Below are positions 10,910-20,347 of a stretch of DNA of 64,000 nucleotides, piece by piece. The DNA comes from Candidatus Latescibacterota bacterium (lineage in GTDB: Bacteria > Latescibacterota > UBA2968 > GCA-2709665). Where the stretch lies: positions 1 through 64,000 of the forward strand of contig CAXXJS010000037.1 in NCBI GenBank assembly GCA_963662665.2, read 5' to 3'. A model generated the notes under the pieces. That model saw only the letters and a program-made list of their open reading frames with translations. It had not been told where the DNA came from and searched no databases. The position numbers and the translations under genes are program-made. Numbering within the stretch: the stretch's first letter is position 1; each line of letters starts with the position of its first letter.

Positions 10910-11830
10910 TCACCGGAGTCCGAATTCCAGCCGATGAGAACCGGCCAGGCCCAGTGCGGCAGGGACATAGGCATATTCAATTCGCCAGCCGCCGGGTTGA
11001 ATCCCGATTCCGAAAGACCAGTCCCGGATGTCGATTCCCGAGCGGTATCCAGCCCGCAGACACAGGGCTCCTTTCAACCTGAATTCCAGGCCAGTATGCA
11101 GTCCGACGGAGCCGCGCCTGGGTGCGCTCAGATCGAAGGAACCCGTCAGTCGTCTGGTCTGCCAGGCAATACCGGCTCGAAAGGTCTCCGGTAACGGCGT
11201 CCTCTCGACGTCCAGCGCTTCCATCCGGCCCAGGTTCCTATAGCTGGCGCCCACCGTCAGGCGTTCGCCACTGAAGCGGTAGAGCACCCCGAGATCCACG
11301 CTGAAACCCGAAGCCCGTTCAGGGCCGATGGCTTCATGCAGAACCCGCGCGGTTGTTCCCCCGTAAAGTCCCTTTTTGATTCGCTTCGCATAGGATAACC
11401 CGGCATTGATTTCGTAGATGCCGAACGTACCGGACGGTTGCGCGGATGGCCCCGTTCGCGCCTCTATTCCTCCCACCGAATAGATCCCCAGGCTCAGCGC
11501 CACTCCGGCGCGCGTATTTCCGTAGGCCCACCCGCCGTAGGTCTGCTGGATTTCCTGGAACGAACTGTGATGGGTCACCAGAAAGTCTTTCCCCTTCAGC
11601 GCACCGAGGCCAGCCGGATTCCAGGACGCAGCCGTCTGATCGCCGACAACCGCCGTATACGCCCCGCCCATTGCCTCCGCGCGCGCGCCCACCCCCTCAC
11701 GAAGCAGTACAAAACCTGCTCCCTTTCCGGATGCCTCTTCCCAGCCTGCCGATCCGAAAGCCAATACAAGACCGCAGACCCGGAATATTATCGGTAAGGA
11801 CCTCACGACAAACTCCCTGACACCTGACAA
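10910..11830 (-). CDS. PorV/PorQ-family outer-membrane beta-barrel (T9SS-associated)
   Basis: Signal peptide; GVGARAEAMGGAYTA..WNPAGL; amphipathic strands; C-terminal EYAY..LAGSHRLEFGL. Confidence 0.75.
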   Translation of the reverse strand: MSGVREFVVRSLPIIFRVCGLVLAFGSAGWEEASGKGAGFVLLREGVGARAEAMGGAYTAVVGDQTAASWNPAGLGALKGKDFLVTHHSSFQEIQQTYGGWAYGNTRAGVALSLGIYSVGGIEARTGPSAQPSGTFGIYEINAGLSYAKRIKKGLYGGTTARVLHEAIGPERASGFSVDLGVLYRFSGERLTVGASYRNLGRMEALDVERTPLPETFRAGIAWQTRRLTGSFDLSAPRRGSVGLHTGLEFRLKGALCLRAGYRSGIDIRDWSFGIGIQPGGWRIEYAYVPAALGLAGSHRLEFGLR

Positions 11831-11912
11831 GCTTCTGTATTCAAGCCCATGGAACTTTAAACAAAGCAGACGAAAGAGTCAACCTCCAAAGGCGCGCGTG
11901 TGCGCAGATCTT

Positions 11913-12929
11913 TTATCGTAGAACGACGTCGTGCCGTTTCTCGTCGGCGGCTTTCTGAATCCTGAGTACCGTCCTTGCGGCTCGAATCACCGACCAGGTG
12001 CAACGCTCACCCGCTTCGGCCTCACCCTGGATATCATCCAGGAATGCCTGCAGATATCCTCCGGACCGGTCTTCAGGAATCGATCGCGATTCCACCCGCT
12101 CCGAATCCTTCCACGCAACCTGAATTGTATTCAGCGTGGTACCGGCCTCGAGCACGCCATCCCGCCCCCAGAACGTGTACCGCCAGTAGAACGGCAGTGA
12201 ATATCCCGCCTTGTCGGGCATGAAGTACGACACGTCTCCAAGCACGCCGCAACCGTTGTCCATTGTCAACATCATTTGCGCGCCGTCCTCGAAATGCGGG
12301 AACTCCGGCGCAAAGGCATTCCAGCACCTTGCGGCATTGACCGTTTCGAATTCCAGGCCGGTGATCCAGGGAAGACAGTCAATTGCATGGATGGCAAGGT
12401 CGTTTATCGTTCCGCCGTGTTTGCCCTTCTCGAAATACCATCCCGGCCGCGACCCCAGCATCAGCGGGTGCTGACCGCCGAATGAAATCGCGTGGACCTC
12501 CCCGATCGTTCCCTCACGAATCATATTCCGCGCGCCTATCGTCTGTCCGTGATCCCGCATCGACAGCATGCACCCGACCTTAAGACCCCGCTCGCCGGCG
12601 ATTCGTTCGATTTCGTCGAGTTCGTCAAGGTTGGTGCACAATGGTTTATCGACGATGACATGCTTCCCCTCATTCAACGCATGAATGGCAGCGGCGCCGC
12701 GTCTCGCGAAATACTCGCCGATTGCAACGACGTCGCAGTCCACTTCGTCAAGCATCCGCGCGGGGTCGGAATGCGTGACCTTAACCCCGGCCCCCGCCGC
12801 CGACGCACGCGCCGTTTTATCCGCTTCGCAGGAAGCCACCACCTCCACGTCCGCCCGCGCGACGGCCCGCTTGTATAGATCATGAATGTGCGCATGGCGA
12901 AATCCGACAAAAGCAAACCGAACCGACAT
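11913..12929 (-). CDS. Gfo/Idh/MocA family oxidoreductase
   Basis: GKHVIVDKP, GG.INDLAIH.ID; GGAGGT SD. Confidence 0.9.
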   Translation of the reverse strand: MSVRFAFVGFRHAHIHDLYKRAVARADVEVVASCEADKTARASAAGAGVKVTHSDPARMLDEVDCDVVAIGEYFARRGAAAIHALNEGKHVIVDKPLCTNLDELDEIERIAGERGLKVGCMLSMRDHGQTIGARNMIREGTIGEVHAISFGGQHPLMLGSRPGWYFEKGKHGGTINDLAIHAIDCLPWITGLEFETVNAARCWNAFAPEFPHFEDGAQMMLTMDNGCGVLGDVSYFMPDKAGYSLPFYWRYTFWGRDGVLEAGTTLNTIQVAWKDSERVESRSIPEDRSGGYLQAFLDDIQGEAEAGERCTWSVIRAARTVLRIQKAADEKRHDVVLR

Positions 12930-12962
12930 AACACCTCCCCGTTAATTTAGTAGCGGGATTTA

Positions 12963-13010
12963 ACATGGATGGACAGCATAAAGACCAAAACCGACCAGGA
13001 TTAACAGGAT
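12963..13010 (+). repeat. Intergenic ACATGGATGGACAGGATnAACAGGAT repeat (interrupted copy)
   Basis: ACATGGATGGACAGCAT...CAGGATTAACAGGAT; similar to copies at 15536, 30010 and 53574. Confidence 0.6.
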
Positions 13011-13365
13011 CAGAAACCACAAACAGGACAAATGCTCACTTTTCCGGGCCGAATCGATGAGTCCTTTCGCCATAGACCGACGAGGATCACGCTGAGCGAC
13101 CCGACTCCGCAATTTCAAGATTTACCCTTGTATTCTACACTAACGTTATCGGCAAACAACCGATTTTCTCGATTAATTCAAGTTGAAGTATTCGAGAATC
13201 ATCTATCCTCAGGTTTCCCTTTCGCCTTGCCTCTACTTGCGTTAATATTTATAGAAACCACCACGCGAGAAACTACCGGGAAAAGAACGGTGAAGGATCG
13301 CTGTCCGCAAGTGGAACGGGAAGGGATCCTTTCCCCAACCCGAATCATTCGAAAGAGGTGCCGAT

Positions 13366-14205
13366 ATGCCGAAACTGCTCACGCGGCAGCAACTCGCTTT
13401 TTTCGACACGTTTGGCTTCTTGTGCCTGACTGGGCTGATGTCCGACGTTATCGAAGACATCATCGGTGCATTTGAGCAGGTCTGGACGAACCGCGGGGGC
13501 GGCCACCACGGCAAGCCGCACGACGGAGAACGGCGGTCCTGCATCGTGCCGTTTATCGACCAGCACGAGCGTCTCAGCGCATTGCTGGACGACCACCGCA
13601 TCAACGGGCTGCTCACCGATCTGCTTGGCCCCGACTACAACTATGTCGGTTCCGACGGCAACTATTACGCCGGCGATACCGTCTGGCATTCCGACGGTTG
13701 GGGCAAAACTGTACGCTTTGTCAAAATCGCCTTCTACCTCGATCCCGTCTCGCGAGACACCGGCTGCCTTCGCGTTATCCCGGGAAGCCATATCCTGGAA
13801 GATCGCTTTGCGCAGGCCGTCCAGGAACAGGTCCGGGAATCCGAGCGAAACTGGGGCGTCCAGGGCGAAGATCTGCTTCCGGGGGTCGCTTTGGAAACCC
13901 GGCCAGGAGATATCGCCGTGTTCAATCACAACCTCAAACACGCCGCCTTCGGCGGGAGCCCCAGAAGACGCATGTTCACCATCAACTGTTCACAGCGCTT
14001 TCCCGAGGAAAGAATCGAAGACTTCAAGAATTACATTTCCGGCCATGCCCGATTCTGGATTGACCGTCTTTACGGCGAGACCATGGTCGCAACCGCCGGC
14101 CCCGGACGCAGAATCCACCTCGAGCAGGGCCTGGCGCACGACGGCCACCTGGCCGGACTTGCCGCTAAAGCACGGAAGGAGATGCCCGAGCCTTCCAGGG
14201 GATGA
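13366..14205 (+). CDS. Phytanoyl-CoA dioxygenase (PhyH) family Fe(II)/2OG oxygenase
   Basis: LTRQQLAFFDTFGFL, WHSD, GCLRVIPGSH, PGD..F...LKHAA. Confidence 0.88.
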   Translation: MPKLLTRQQLAFFDTFGFLCLTGLMSDVIEDIIGAFEQVWTNRGGGHHGKPHDGERRSCIVPFIDQHERLSALLDDHRINGLLTDLLGPDYNYVGSDGNYYAGDTVWHSDGWGKTVRFVKIAFYLDPVSRDTGCLRVIPGSHILEDRFAQAVQEQVRESERNWGVQGEDLLPGVALETRPGDIAVFNHNLKHAAFGGSPRRRMFTINCSQRFPEERIEDFKNYISGHARFWIDRLYGETMVATAGPGRRIHLEQGLAHDGHLAGLAAKARKEMPEPSRG

Positions 14206-14246
14206 GCAGCGCGAGCGGCGATATAGACAGCCGGAACGCCGCTGTT

Positions 14247-15509
14247 TCATTCGATATATCCCAGGTTTCTCAATCTTGCCGCCAGAATGTCCGCCTCAGC
14301 CTGAGTGGTCTCCTGCGCCTGGAGGTGCTTGTAATTCGACCCGCCCACTATCTCGTTCCGGACACCCCTATAGAGACCCGGATCTCCGCACTGCATCGCC
14401 GCGCCGCGGAACACGTCCCGAAGCACGTATTCCTCACTGTCAAGTTGTTCTCTGTAAAAGACCCGTCCGTCCGTAACCGACCACATGCGCAGACCACGCT
14501 CGTCCCGCTTCAGTTCCACGCCGTCCATCGCCACGCGTGAAGTCACCCGATCGCGGTCGGTCTCCAGATTGCCCGGGTTCAGGAATCCGACGCCGTAGAG
14601 GTTGTCGAGTTCCGTATACACCCATCGACCTCGAATAGAACCTCCGTTGTCACGCAGGTCACGGCCATATCCTTTATAGTCTACCGTAAGCCCGGCGAGA
14701 CTTATGATGGTTGGAAACAGGTCGATCGTGGACAGGGGCCCCTGCGGCAATTCCAGTCCATCGTGTCCGGGAAGGGATACCAGCAGCGGAACGTGGATCA
14801 CGTTCTCGTGCAGCAGGTCCCCGTGCGCCAGCCCCTCCTTGCAGAACCCTTCCCCATGATCGCCCAGAATAAACACCGCCCAGTCGTCAGGATTCACACG
14901 CTTCAGAATTTCCACGAGCAGGAATTCCTGCACGTGCGTTACCGCCGCGTAGTAAAACCGGAGCGCCTCCTCCACCCTGCCGGCATCCACCAGCGCTTTA
15001 AGATCCGGCGTTCCCGGAATTCCCCTCGTCCCGTATCCGCCATGCGTATACCAGAAATGCAAGAAACAGAACCGCGGCCGGTCCTCGCCTTCGAATGCCG
15101 AATACAACAGGTCTTCCAACGAACCGAGATGCTGATCCGTCGCATTGGGATCCATGGGTCCGATAAAACGCGCGTAGTCCAGAAAACGGAACACGTCCAT
15201 CCGCTCGGAGCGGCCATGTATTTCAAAGCCCGCGTCGGAGAACAACTGAAAAAGATCAGGAATACCCGCGAACATCTTCAAATACGTCTGCCCGCACAGT
15301 CCGTGCTCAAACGGGTACAGCCCTGTAAACATGGATGTGTGAGACGGGCGCGTTGCGGGCGCCGTTACGAAAAACCGCTCGGCGAACGCATAATTCCTTG
15401 TCAACAGGTCGAATTTGGGTGTATTCAGCCGGCGATTGACCCGGCTTACCGCATCGTACCGGAGGCAGTCGACGGATATCAGCAGAAACTTATCGACATG
15501 ACGGCTCAT
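14247..15509 (-). CDS. Alkaline-phosphatase superfamily (sulfatase-like) hydrolase/transferase
   Basis: LISVDCLRYD, ATRPSHTSMFTGLYP (Thr where sulfatases have Cys/Ser), GDHGE, HG..LHENVIHVPL, LRNLGYI. Confidence 0.85.
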   Translation of the reverse strand: MSRHVDKFLLISVDCLRYDAVSRVNRRLNTPKFDLLTRNYAFAERFFVTAPATRPSHTSMFTGLYPFEHGLCGQTYLKMFAGIPDLFQLFSDAGFEIHGRSERMDVFRFLDYARFIGPMDPNATDQHLGSLEDLLYSAFEGEDRPRFCFLHFWYTHGGYGTRGIPGTPDLKALVDAGRVEEALRFYYAAVTHVQEFLLVEILKRVNPDDWAVFILGDHGEGFCKEGLAHGDLLHENVIHVPLLVSLPGHDGLELPQGPLSTIDLFPTIISLAGLTVDYKGYGRDLRDNGGSIRGRWVYTELDNLYGVGFLNPGNLETDRDRVTSRVAMDGVELKRDERGLRMWSVTDGRVFYREQLDSEEYVLRDVFRGAAMQCGDPGLYRGVRNEIVGGSNYKHLQAQETTQAEADILAARLRNLGYIE

Positions 15510-15535
15510 AGGCTCTTTGTTAAATACCTGAACTT

Positions 15536-15561
15536 ACATGGCTGGACAGGATCAACAGGAT
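15536..15561 (+). repeat. 26-nt intergenic repeat
   Basis: ACATGGCTGGACAGGATCAACAGGAT. Confidence 0.7.
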
Positions 15562-15642
15562 GGAAACCGGAAAGCCTGGAGACTCCAATTAAATCCAGAA
15601 TTCAACTTTTGGCAAGTACATCAGTTCCGATTTATTCATAAG

Positions 15643-15670
15643 TTGACATCCGCCGGATCGCGTTTATCAT
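15643..15670 (+). promoter_or_regulatory. Putative sigma70 promoter of the 15692-26475 cluster
   Basis: TTGACA-N16-TATCAT, 21 nt upstream of ATG 15692. Confidence 0.5.
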
Positions 15671-15691
15671 GTTGCAGGCCCCTCATTCCCG

Positions 15692-16780
15692 ATGACGAAT
15701 GTGAACTCAATTAAGCGTGGCTTTGACCTGCGCGGCACCCTCGAATGCGGATGGAACCTCTTTTTTCGTAAGGGATACTCGAATCATCCCCGGGACATAT
15801 CTGTCAACCACGCCCACGTAGACCACCTCGCCGAGTCCGGCCTGAATCGGCTTGTGGTATTCTGGACCAACGCACGGGGCTTCAACGACGCCTGGCATGA
15901 AGCGGTCGAATATGCCCATAGTGTCGGCCTCAAGCTCATTCGTGCGATGTACGGGTTCAGCGGAGGCGGTTCCGAGTACACCATGGCCGAACCGGACGCG
16001 CCGCCGCACCTGCTCAAACACAGCGCCAAAGGACCGGACACGGCTCTCTGTCCCCACGACGCCGAGACTCGAGCGTGGATGGGTCGGATTGTCGCCGAAC
16101 GCCTCGCGCCGGGCGTGGACGGCATCGATATCGAACCCGCGCGGGAAATTGGCCGCAACTGTATCTGCGGGAGCTGCCGAGCCCTCCGCCCCTTTCAGTG
16201 GGACGCGCTTGTCGTTGATATTCTCACGGAGCGCATCAAGGCCATAAAGCCGGACGCCGAAATCCTCCTGCACCTGAGCATGCCGCCCGACAAACCCGGA
16301 AAACTACAAATGTCCCGCGACCTCCGGAGTCTCCCGGAATCCATCCGCCACGTCTTCGCGTGGGGTGCAGACGGCGAAGCAAGCCTTGTCGACTGGCTGG
16401 ACGCGGATTCCAGATTCGAGCACTTCGCCAAACTCGGTCGCGTCCTCCTCTTTCCGGATGGCACGTCTGCCGGAATTCCCGTACACGAACGTGTCGCCCG
16501 CACCTTTCGCTGGTGCAGGATGGCAGCGCAGCGAGGCAAGACCGGATACATGTTTGATTACCGTATCTTCGGCGGAAGAGAATGGCAGGGGCACGAGACC
16601 GATGTTCCGCGTACCCGGCATACGAGCAAACGACCCGCCTCCTTAGCCCTCATGGGTGAGGCCATGAACAGTCCCTACCTGGATGAGGACGACCGGCGCG
16701 AACTCATTTTCCGGCTGAAGTCCGAATGCGACTGGGACCTGGAAGATCCCGCCCGCTTCTACAACTCACCCATCGCATAG
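15692..16780 (+). CDS. Hypothetical protein, possible TIM-barrel glycoside-hydrolase-like
   Basis: 362-aa ORF; LCP..., VDGIDIEP, CICGSC motif as seen in GH-like barrels. Confidence 0.55.
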   Translation: MTNVNSIKRGFDLRGTLECGWNLFFRKGYSNHPRDISVNHAHVDHLAESGLNRLVVFWTNARGFNDAWHEAVEYAHSVGLKLIRAMYGFSGGGSEYTMAEPDAPPHLLKHSAKGPDTALCPHDAETRAWMGRIVAERLAPGVDGIDIEPAREIGRNCICGSCRALRPFQWDALVVDILTERIKAIKPDAEILLHLSMPPDKPGKLQMSRDLRSLPESIRHVFAWGADGEASLVDWLDADSRFEHFAKLGRVLLFPDGTSAGIPVHERVARTFRWCRMAAQRGKTGYMFDYRIFGGREWQGHETDVPRTRHTSKRPASLALMGEAMNSPYLDEDDRRELIFRLKSECDWDLEDPARFYNSPIA

Positions 16781-16788
16781 TAATCTCA

Positions 16789-18756
16789 ATGCCAGCAATG
16801 TCCAATCCACTTACCGCCTCCCAGGTTGCACCGGCACGGATGCCGGCGGGCCGGGGCGTCACGCTCCGATCGATCCTTCTGGCCGTGCTCGTTTCCCTGG
16901 CCGCGTGCGTCTGGGTCAACTACGTCGAGTACGTCATCCACGCCTCCCGCATGACCCTCAGCCACTTCCCGATGGGTTCGCTGATGGTCTACCTCACCCT
17001 TGCCCTGATCCTCAATCCGCTGTGCAAGAAACTCGCCGCGAGATATGCGCTGTCGCCCACGGAACTCAGGGTTATCCTGGCCGGCGGCCTGGTTGGCGGC
17101 GCCATCCCTTCGGTCGGTCTTACGGGCTATTTCCTGGGCGCTATCGCCGCGCCGTATTATTTCGCAACACCGGAAAACCAGTGGGGCGAGTTCTTCCACC
17201 CCTACATTCCCCAATGGCTGGCGCCGCGAAACGTCAACCATGCGCTGGACCATCTGTTTGAAGGCGGACCTCCCGGCATGGATATTCCCTGGGAGGTCTG
17301 GTACATCCCCCTGGCAGCGTGGATAGCGTTGATCACGGCCCTCTTTGTGGCCTCCATAAGCCTGTCTGTCATTCTCCGGCGCCAATGGGTGGAAAGCGAG
17401 CGGCTCAGCTATCCGATCCTGCGCCCGGTCCTGGATCTTACCGATCCGGAGAGGCCGGGTTTTTCGAGGCGATTCTGGATCGGTTTCGCCATTGCCCTGG
17501 GGATTATCAGCTGGAACATGATCCATTACTTTGTGCCCGGATTTCCGCAGATTCCCAATATCCGCTGGGGACCATGGGTGCTTTTTGAACGCTATTTTCC
17601 GGGCATCTGGACCCGGATCAATATGTTCACCATCTCCTTCGCCTATTTCGCCAATATCGACGTACTCTTCAGCCTCTGGTTCTTCTGCGTTCTCTTCATC
17701 CTGCGGAGCGGGGTCCTCAATCGATACGGCTACAACGCCAGCAGTATCTATACGACTTCGGGCGAATTTGCGTGGCTGCAACTCGGCGGATTCGTCACGC
17801 TGGTTTTCTGGGGATTGTGGATCGCGCGACACCACCTGAAATCGGTCGCGAAAATCGCCATCGGCCGCAGTGCGCCGCTGGACGATGCCGACGAAATGAT
17901 GAGATACCGAACGGCCGTACTGGGTTTCATCCTGAGTACCCTCTTTGCCGTCTTCTGGTTCTGGCGCGCCGGCATGGGGTTCGGGGTTGCGTGTCTTTCT
18001 GTCCTGGCAACCCTTGTCATTTTTCTCGGTGTATCCCGCATCGTGGCCGAGGTCGGCCTGGTCTTTGTCTGTACGCCGGTCGGTCAGCAGGAAATCGTCA
18101 CCCGGCTGATCGGCCCGCGAAATCTGTCCGGTCCGAGCCTTACCGTGCTGGCTTTTTCGAACGCCCTCACCTCGTTTGGCAAGGGCCTCTTCATGCCCGC
18201 CGTTGTTCATGCCGCCAAGATCGCGGATCTGTGTCCTCGCGAAGACCGACCCCGCGTGCTGACCGCGATCTTCCTTGCGTTTGCGGCCGGTGTGGGCGCA
18301 TCCATCGCGTACACGCTCTACCTGGGATACACCCACGGGGCCTACAACTTCAACGATTTTCCGTTCACAAGATACAGCCGGAGCGGCTTCGCGAACGCGC
18401 TATCGAAAATGAAGGATCCCGCCGTTGAAACCAGCATCCGCCCGATTCTGCTGGGCATCGGCGCGGCCCTCATGTCCATCCTTACGTTCCTGAAATACCG
18501 CTTTCCCTGGTGGCCCCTTCATCCCGTTGGCTTTACCATTGCCGGCATCTCGTACGTCCACTTTTCCACTTTCTCGGTATTCATCGCGTGGTGCATCAAA
18601 TTCATCATCCTGCGCATCGGCGCCGCGGCCCTCTACCGGCGCTATATCCCATTTTTTCTGGGCGTACTGACGGGCTATACGGCCGGCGTGGGGCTTTCCC
18701 TCGTCGTTGACATCATCTGGTTCCCCGGCGCCGGCCATTCGATTCACGGATATTGA
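16789..18756 (+). CDS. Polytopic membrane protein, DUF6785/DUF6784 (OPT-like putative transporter)
   Basis: GVTLRSILL, ILRRQWVESERLSYP, RIVAEVG, WWPLHPVGF, YRRYIPFFLG; many TM helices. Confidence 0.8.
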   Translation: MPAMSNPLTASQVAPARMPAGRGVTLRSILLAVLVSLAACVWVNYVEYVIHASRMTLSHFPMGSLMVYLTLALILNPLCKKLAARYALSPTELRVILAGGLVGGAIPSVGLTGYFLGAIAAPYYFATPENQWGEFFHPYIPQWLAPRNVNHALDHLFEGGPPGMDIPWEVWYIPLAAWIALITALFVASISLSVILRRQWVESERLSYPILRPVLDLTDPERPGFSRRFWIGFAIALGIISWNMIHYFVPGFPQIPNIRWGPWVLFERYFPGIWTRINMFTISFAYFANIDVLFSLWFFCVLFILRSGVLNRYGYNASSIYTTSGEFAWLQLGGFVTLVFWGLWIARHHLKSVAKIAIGRSAPLDDADEMMRYRTAVLGFILSTLFAVFWFWRAGMGFGVACLSVLATLVIFLGVSRIVAEVGLVFVCTPVGQQEIVTRLIGPRNLSGPSLTVLAFSNALTSFGKGLFMPAVVHAAKIADLCPREDRPRVLTAIFLAFAAGVGASIAYTLYLGYTHGAYNFNDFPFTRYSRSGFANALSKMKDPAVETSIRPILLGIGAALMSILTFLKYRFPWWPLHPVGFTIAGISYVHFSTFSVFIAWCIKFIILRIGAAALYRRYIPFFLGVLTGYTAGVGLSLVVDIIWFPGAGHSIHGY

Positions 18757-18788
18757 ACGTCTACCGCAATGGACTGTGGGGAAATCTG

Positions 18789-20105
18789 ATGAAACCCGGC
18801 GACGCTGGTGGCCGGGCGCCCACCTGTGGCGGCGCATGTGACGACCCGGCATTCGGAGAATCTGTTATGGTTGACATCCGTCAGGCGTTCAACTGGCACG
18901 ATATCCACGGGAACCAGGACTACGTTTTCGGCGAAGACGGGTACCTGAAGATGGACGGATCCAGGACACCCGTCCAGTGTTTCCGTCAACTTAAAGAGAG
19001 GGTCACCGGCCGTGCCGGCTCGCTTGAGCTGGCCATGCGGGTTGTACTTGACGAGCCGGAGTACCACACGCTCTACACCCTTCGACTGTATGACAGCGCG
19101 GACCGACCGGCCATCGTATGTCATATCCGGAGGGACGGCTGTCTGCTGTTCCAGGGCAGGCATGAACTGATGGATTCCGGTAGCGTGCTCACGTTCCAGG
19201 GCAACTGTCGCTTCAACGATCGCGCCATGCGCAAATGGTACGTCGTCGAATCCGACGAACACGTTTACACATTCGAAGACTTCGACTTTTTAAAACAGAC
19301 TGCCGTCTTTCTTCTGGACGGCGAACGACCGGTCACCGTACCCTTCACCAACCGGGTGCGGGACATCGCAAGACTGGAACTCCAGACAGGCGGTATCGGA
19401 GTCGGCCGTTATATCCGCGTAAAACATGTCAAACAGTTCGCCGGCGGCGAACAGATCGACGGGGAAGACCACCCGCTTTACTGGAGACCGACCCCGCCGC
19501 CCAGGGATGGGGAACCGGACGACAATGTTTGCGAGAGCAAGCTCAGACCCGTTCAGAATCGCTGGCTTGAGCTCACCACCCGGTACGGGTTTGTAACCAC
19601 AACCTTTCCCGTCATTCCCAGGGGCACGCTGGAATTCGACGTCAAATCTCAGAACGTATCCGCGGAAGCCTGCATCCTGCTGGGCGAATACGACGGGTCC
19701 ATCAAATGTTTCCGAAAGATCCAGACGGGTATCCTGACAAACCGGATGACCGTTGCCACCGGGCATCCCGGGCCGGGTTTCAATACATTTGACAACTCCG
19801 TTGTTCCCGAAAACGACCGGGCGTACCGGTTCAAAATCGCGTGGGACGCGCGAACCAATAAGCAGCAGATCTGGATAGACGACGTCCCGCAGCGATACCA
19901 GGGCGAGACGGAAATCGAGATCGACGGGCTCTGGGGTAAAGAAAACCGCATGACCCGCGGCATCGACACCATCTCCTTACATCCCGGGCTGCTTGGTACG
20001 GCTCGCCTCACTTCGATCCAGAAAGCCGAAGGCCGAACACTCGAGAAGCAACCGGACCCCCTCCGGACCTGGTGGGGAAACTTCAGGCTTCGCGCCCTGG
20101 ACTGA
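18789..20105 (+). CDS. Hypothetical protein (beta-rich, possibly lectin/ConA-like)
   Basis: Long co-oriented ORF with typical codon usage; no diagnostic motif; start uncertain. Confidence 0.6.
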   Translation: MKPGDAGGRAPTCGGACDDPAFGESVMVDIRQAFNWHDIHGNQDYVFGEDGYLKMDGSRTPVQCFRQLKERVTGRAGSLELAMRVVLDEPEYHTLYTLRLYDSADRPAIVCHIRRDGCLLFQGRHELMDSGSVLTFQGNCRFNDRAMRKWYVVESDEHVYTFEDFDFLKQTAVFLLDGERPVTVPFTNRVRDIARLELQTGGIGVGRYIRVKHVKQFAGGEQIDGEDHPLYWRPTPPPRDGEPDDNVCESKLRPVQNRWLELTTRYGFVTTTFPVIPRGTLEFDVKSQNVSAEACILLGEYDGSIKCFRKIQTGILTNRMTVATGHPGPGFNTFDNSVVPENDRAYRFKIAWDARTNKQQIWIDDVPQRYQGETEIEIDGLWGKENRMTRGIDTISLHPGLLGTARLTSIQKAEGRTLEKQPDPLRTWWGNFRLRALD

Positions 20106-20295
20106 CCTTGATTCGAAATTCTTCCGGGACATAAAATCGAATATAGGCAAGTAGATAAAGGTGATTTGACGGCTGATTACCAGGATACACCAGGTCATTG
20201 GACGTGAACTGAAAAATGTCCTTCTTGACGACCGTTGCGCCCCGTTTCAGGGGTTTTCGTCGCGTCGCCGAGTTGCTGTTTTTTTTGAATTGGGG
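20106..20295. mobile_element. MITE family A copy 2 (190 bp, intron-free)
   Basis: CCTTGATTCGAAATTCTTCC...TTTGAATTGGGG, flanked by CTGA/CTAA; collinear with 6135-6147 + 6904-7081. Confidence 0.8.
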
Positions 20296-20347
20296 CTAAC
20301 TGCCAGTCTGCCGCACAGGGACGCTGGCGGTCAAAAAAGAGGTTGAT

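Noticed and set aside
13032-13360. ORF or ncRNA in the AT-rich intergenic gap
   Set aside because: No recognisable motif or structure; most likely a divergent promoter region
16786-18336. 516-aa minus-strand ORF
   Set aside because: Antisense shadow of the DUF6785 membrane protein
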